64,000 nucleotides of DNA from the NCBI GenBank assembly GCA_050575255.1, contig JBNZDD010013566.1, positions 1,296,353-1,360,352 of the forward strand. The letters are read 5' to 3'. Below, one piece after another: positions 63,908 to 64,000 of this stretch; position 1 is the first letter of the stretch, and each line of letters starts with the position of its first letter. Under the pieces are notes generated by a model. The model was not told where the DNA came from. It did not search any database and saw nothing but the letters and a program-made list of their open reading frames with translations. This DNA is from Harriotta raleighana. Its lineage: Eukaryota. Both the position numbers and the translations under genes were made by a program.

Positions 63908-63965
63908 AACTTGGGACATCCTCCTGATGTGAAATGCGCTATACAAGTGTAATTTTGTTGTTATT
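63908..63965 (+). repeat. Isolated L2 3' terminus (representative of about ten 50-70 bp copies)
   Basis: TTGGGACATCCTCCTGATGTGAAATGCGCTATACAAGTGTAATTTTGTTGTT. Similar stubs lie near 5695, 23590, 36360 (minus), 47570, 48915, 51908, 57560, 59620 and 62545. Confidence 0.85.
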
Positions 63966-64000
63966 TTTATTGTTATAACTTGTATCCCTAATCACCAGTT

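Noticed and set aside
1-64000. CRISPR-like array, operon or other prokaryote-type system
   Set aside because: No regularly spaced repeat-spacer array and no gene-dense coding; the dispersed repeats are explained by vertebrate TEs.

Overview
This is an AT-rich, CpG-depleted, repeat-littered eukaryotic window in which I recognise no host protein-coding exon, tRNA gene, rRNA gene or CRISPR array, so it reads as intronic or intergenic vertebrate DNA. The repeat inventory comprises CR1 and L2 LINE fragments, ancient Deu-domain SINEs, an LF-SINE-like relic and a young tRNA-headed SINE with a (TTA)n tail. By recall, not database search, this points to a cartilaginous fish, possibly a holocephalan such as Callorhinchus. 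The dominant structures are two families of non-autonomous Tc1/mariner-superfamily (pogo/Tigger-like) elements with TA target duplications. Family A (CAGTAAAA...TTTTACTG) has ten copies plus a solo end, and family B (CAGTTAACCCTCG...CGAGGGTTAACTG) has three copies. Several are nested. The clearest case is a family-B element containing a probable solo LTR, which itself contains a young SINE. Most long ORFs in the supplied track are antisense or out-of-frame reads of repeats; the only recognisable peptides are CR1 ORF1/ORF2 and L2 ORF2 remnants. I cannot support a new multi-gene system. The items most worth checking are the nested LTR, the modular cargo-carrying MITEs with NRF1-type motifs, a pre-miRNA-sized hairpin at 51768-51831 and several TE-free blocks that may be conserved non-coding elements. 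Single-n joins flanked by duplicated sequence are probably assembly artefacts.
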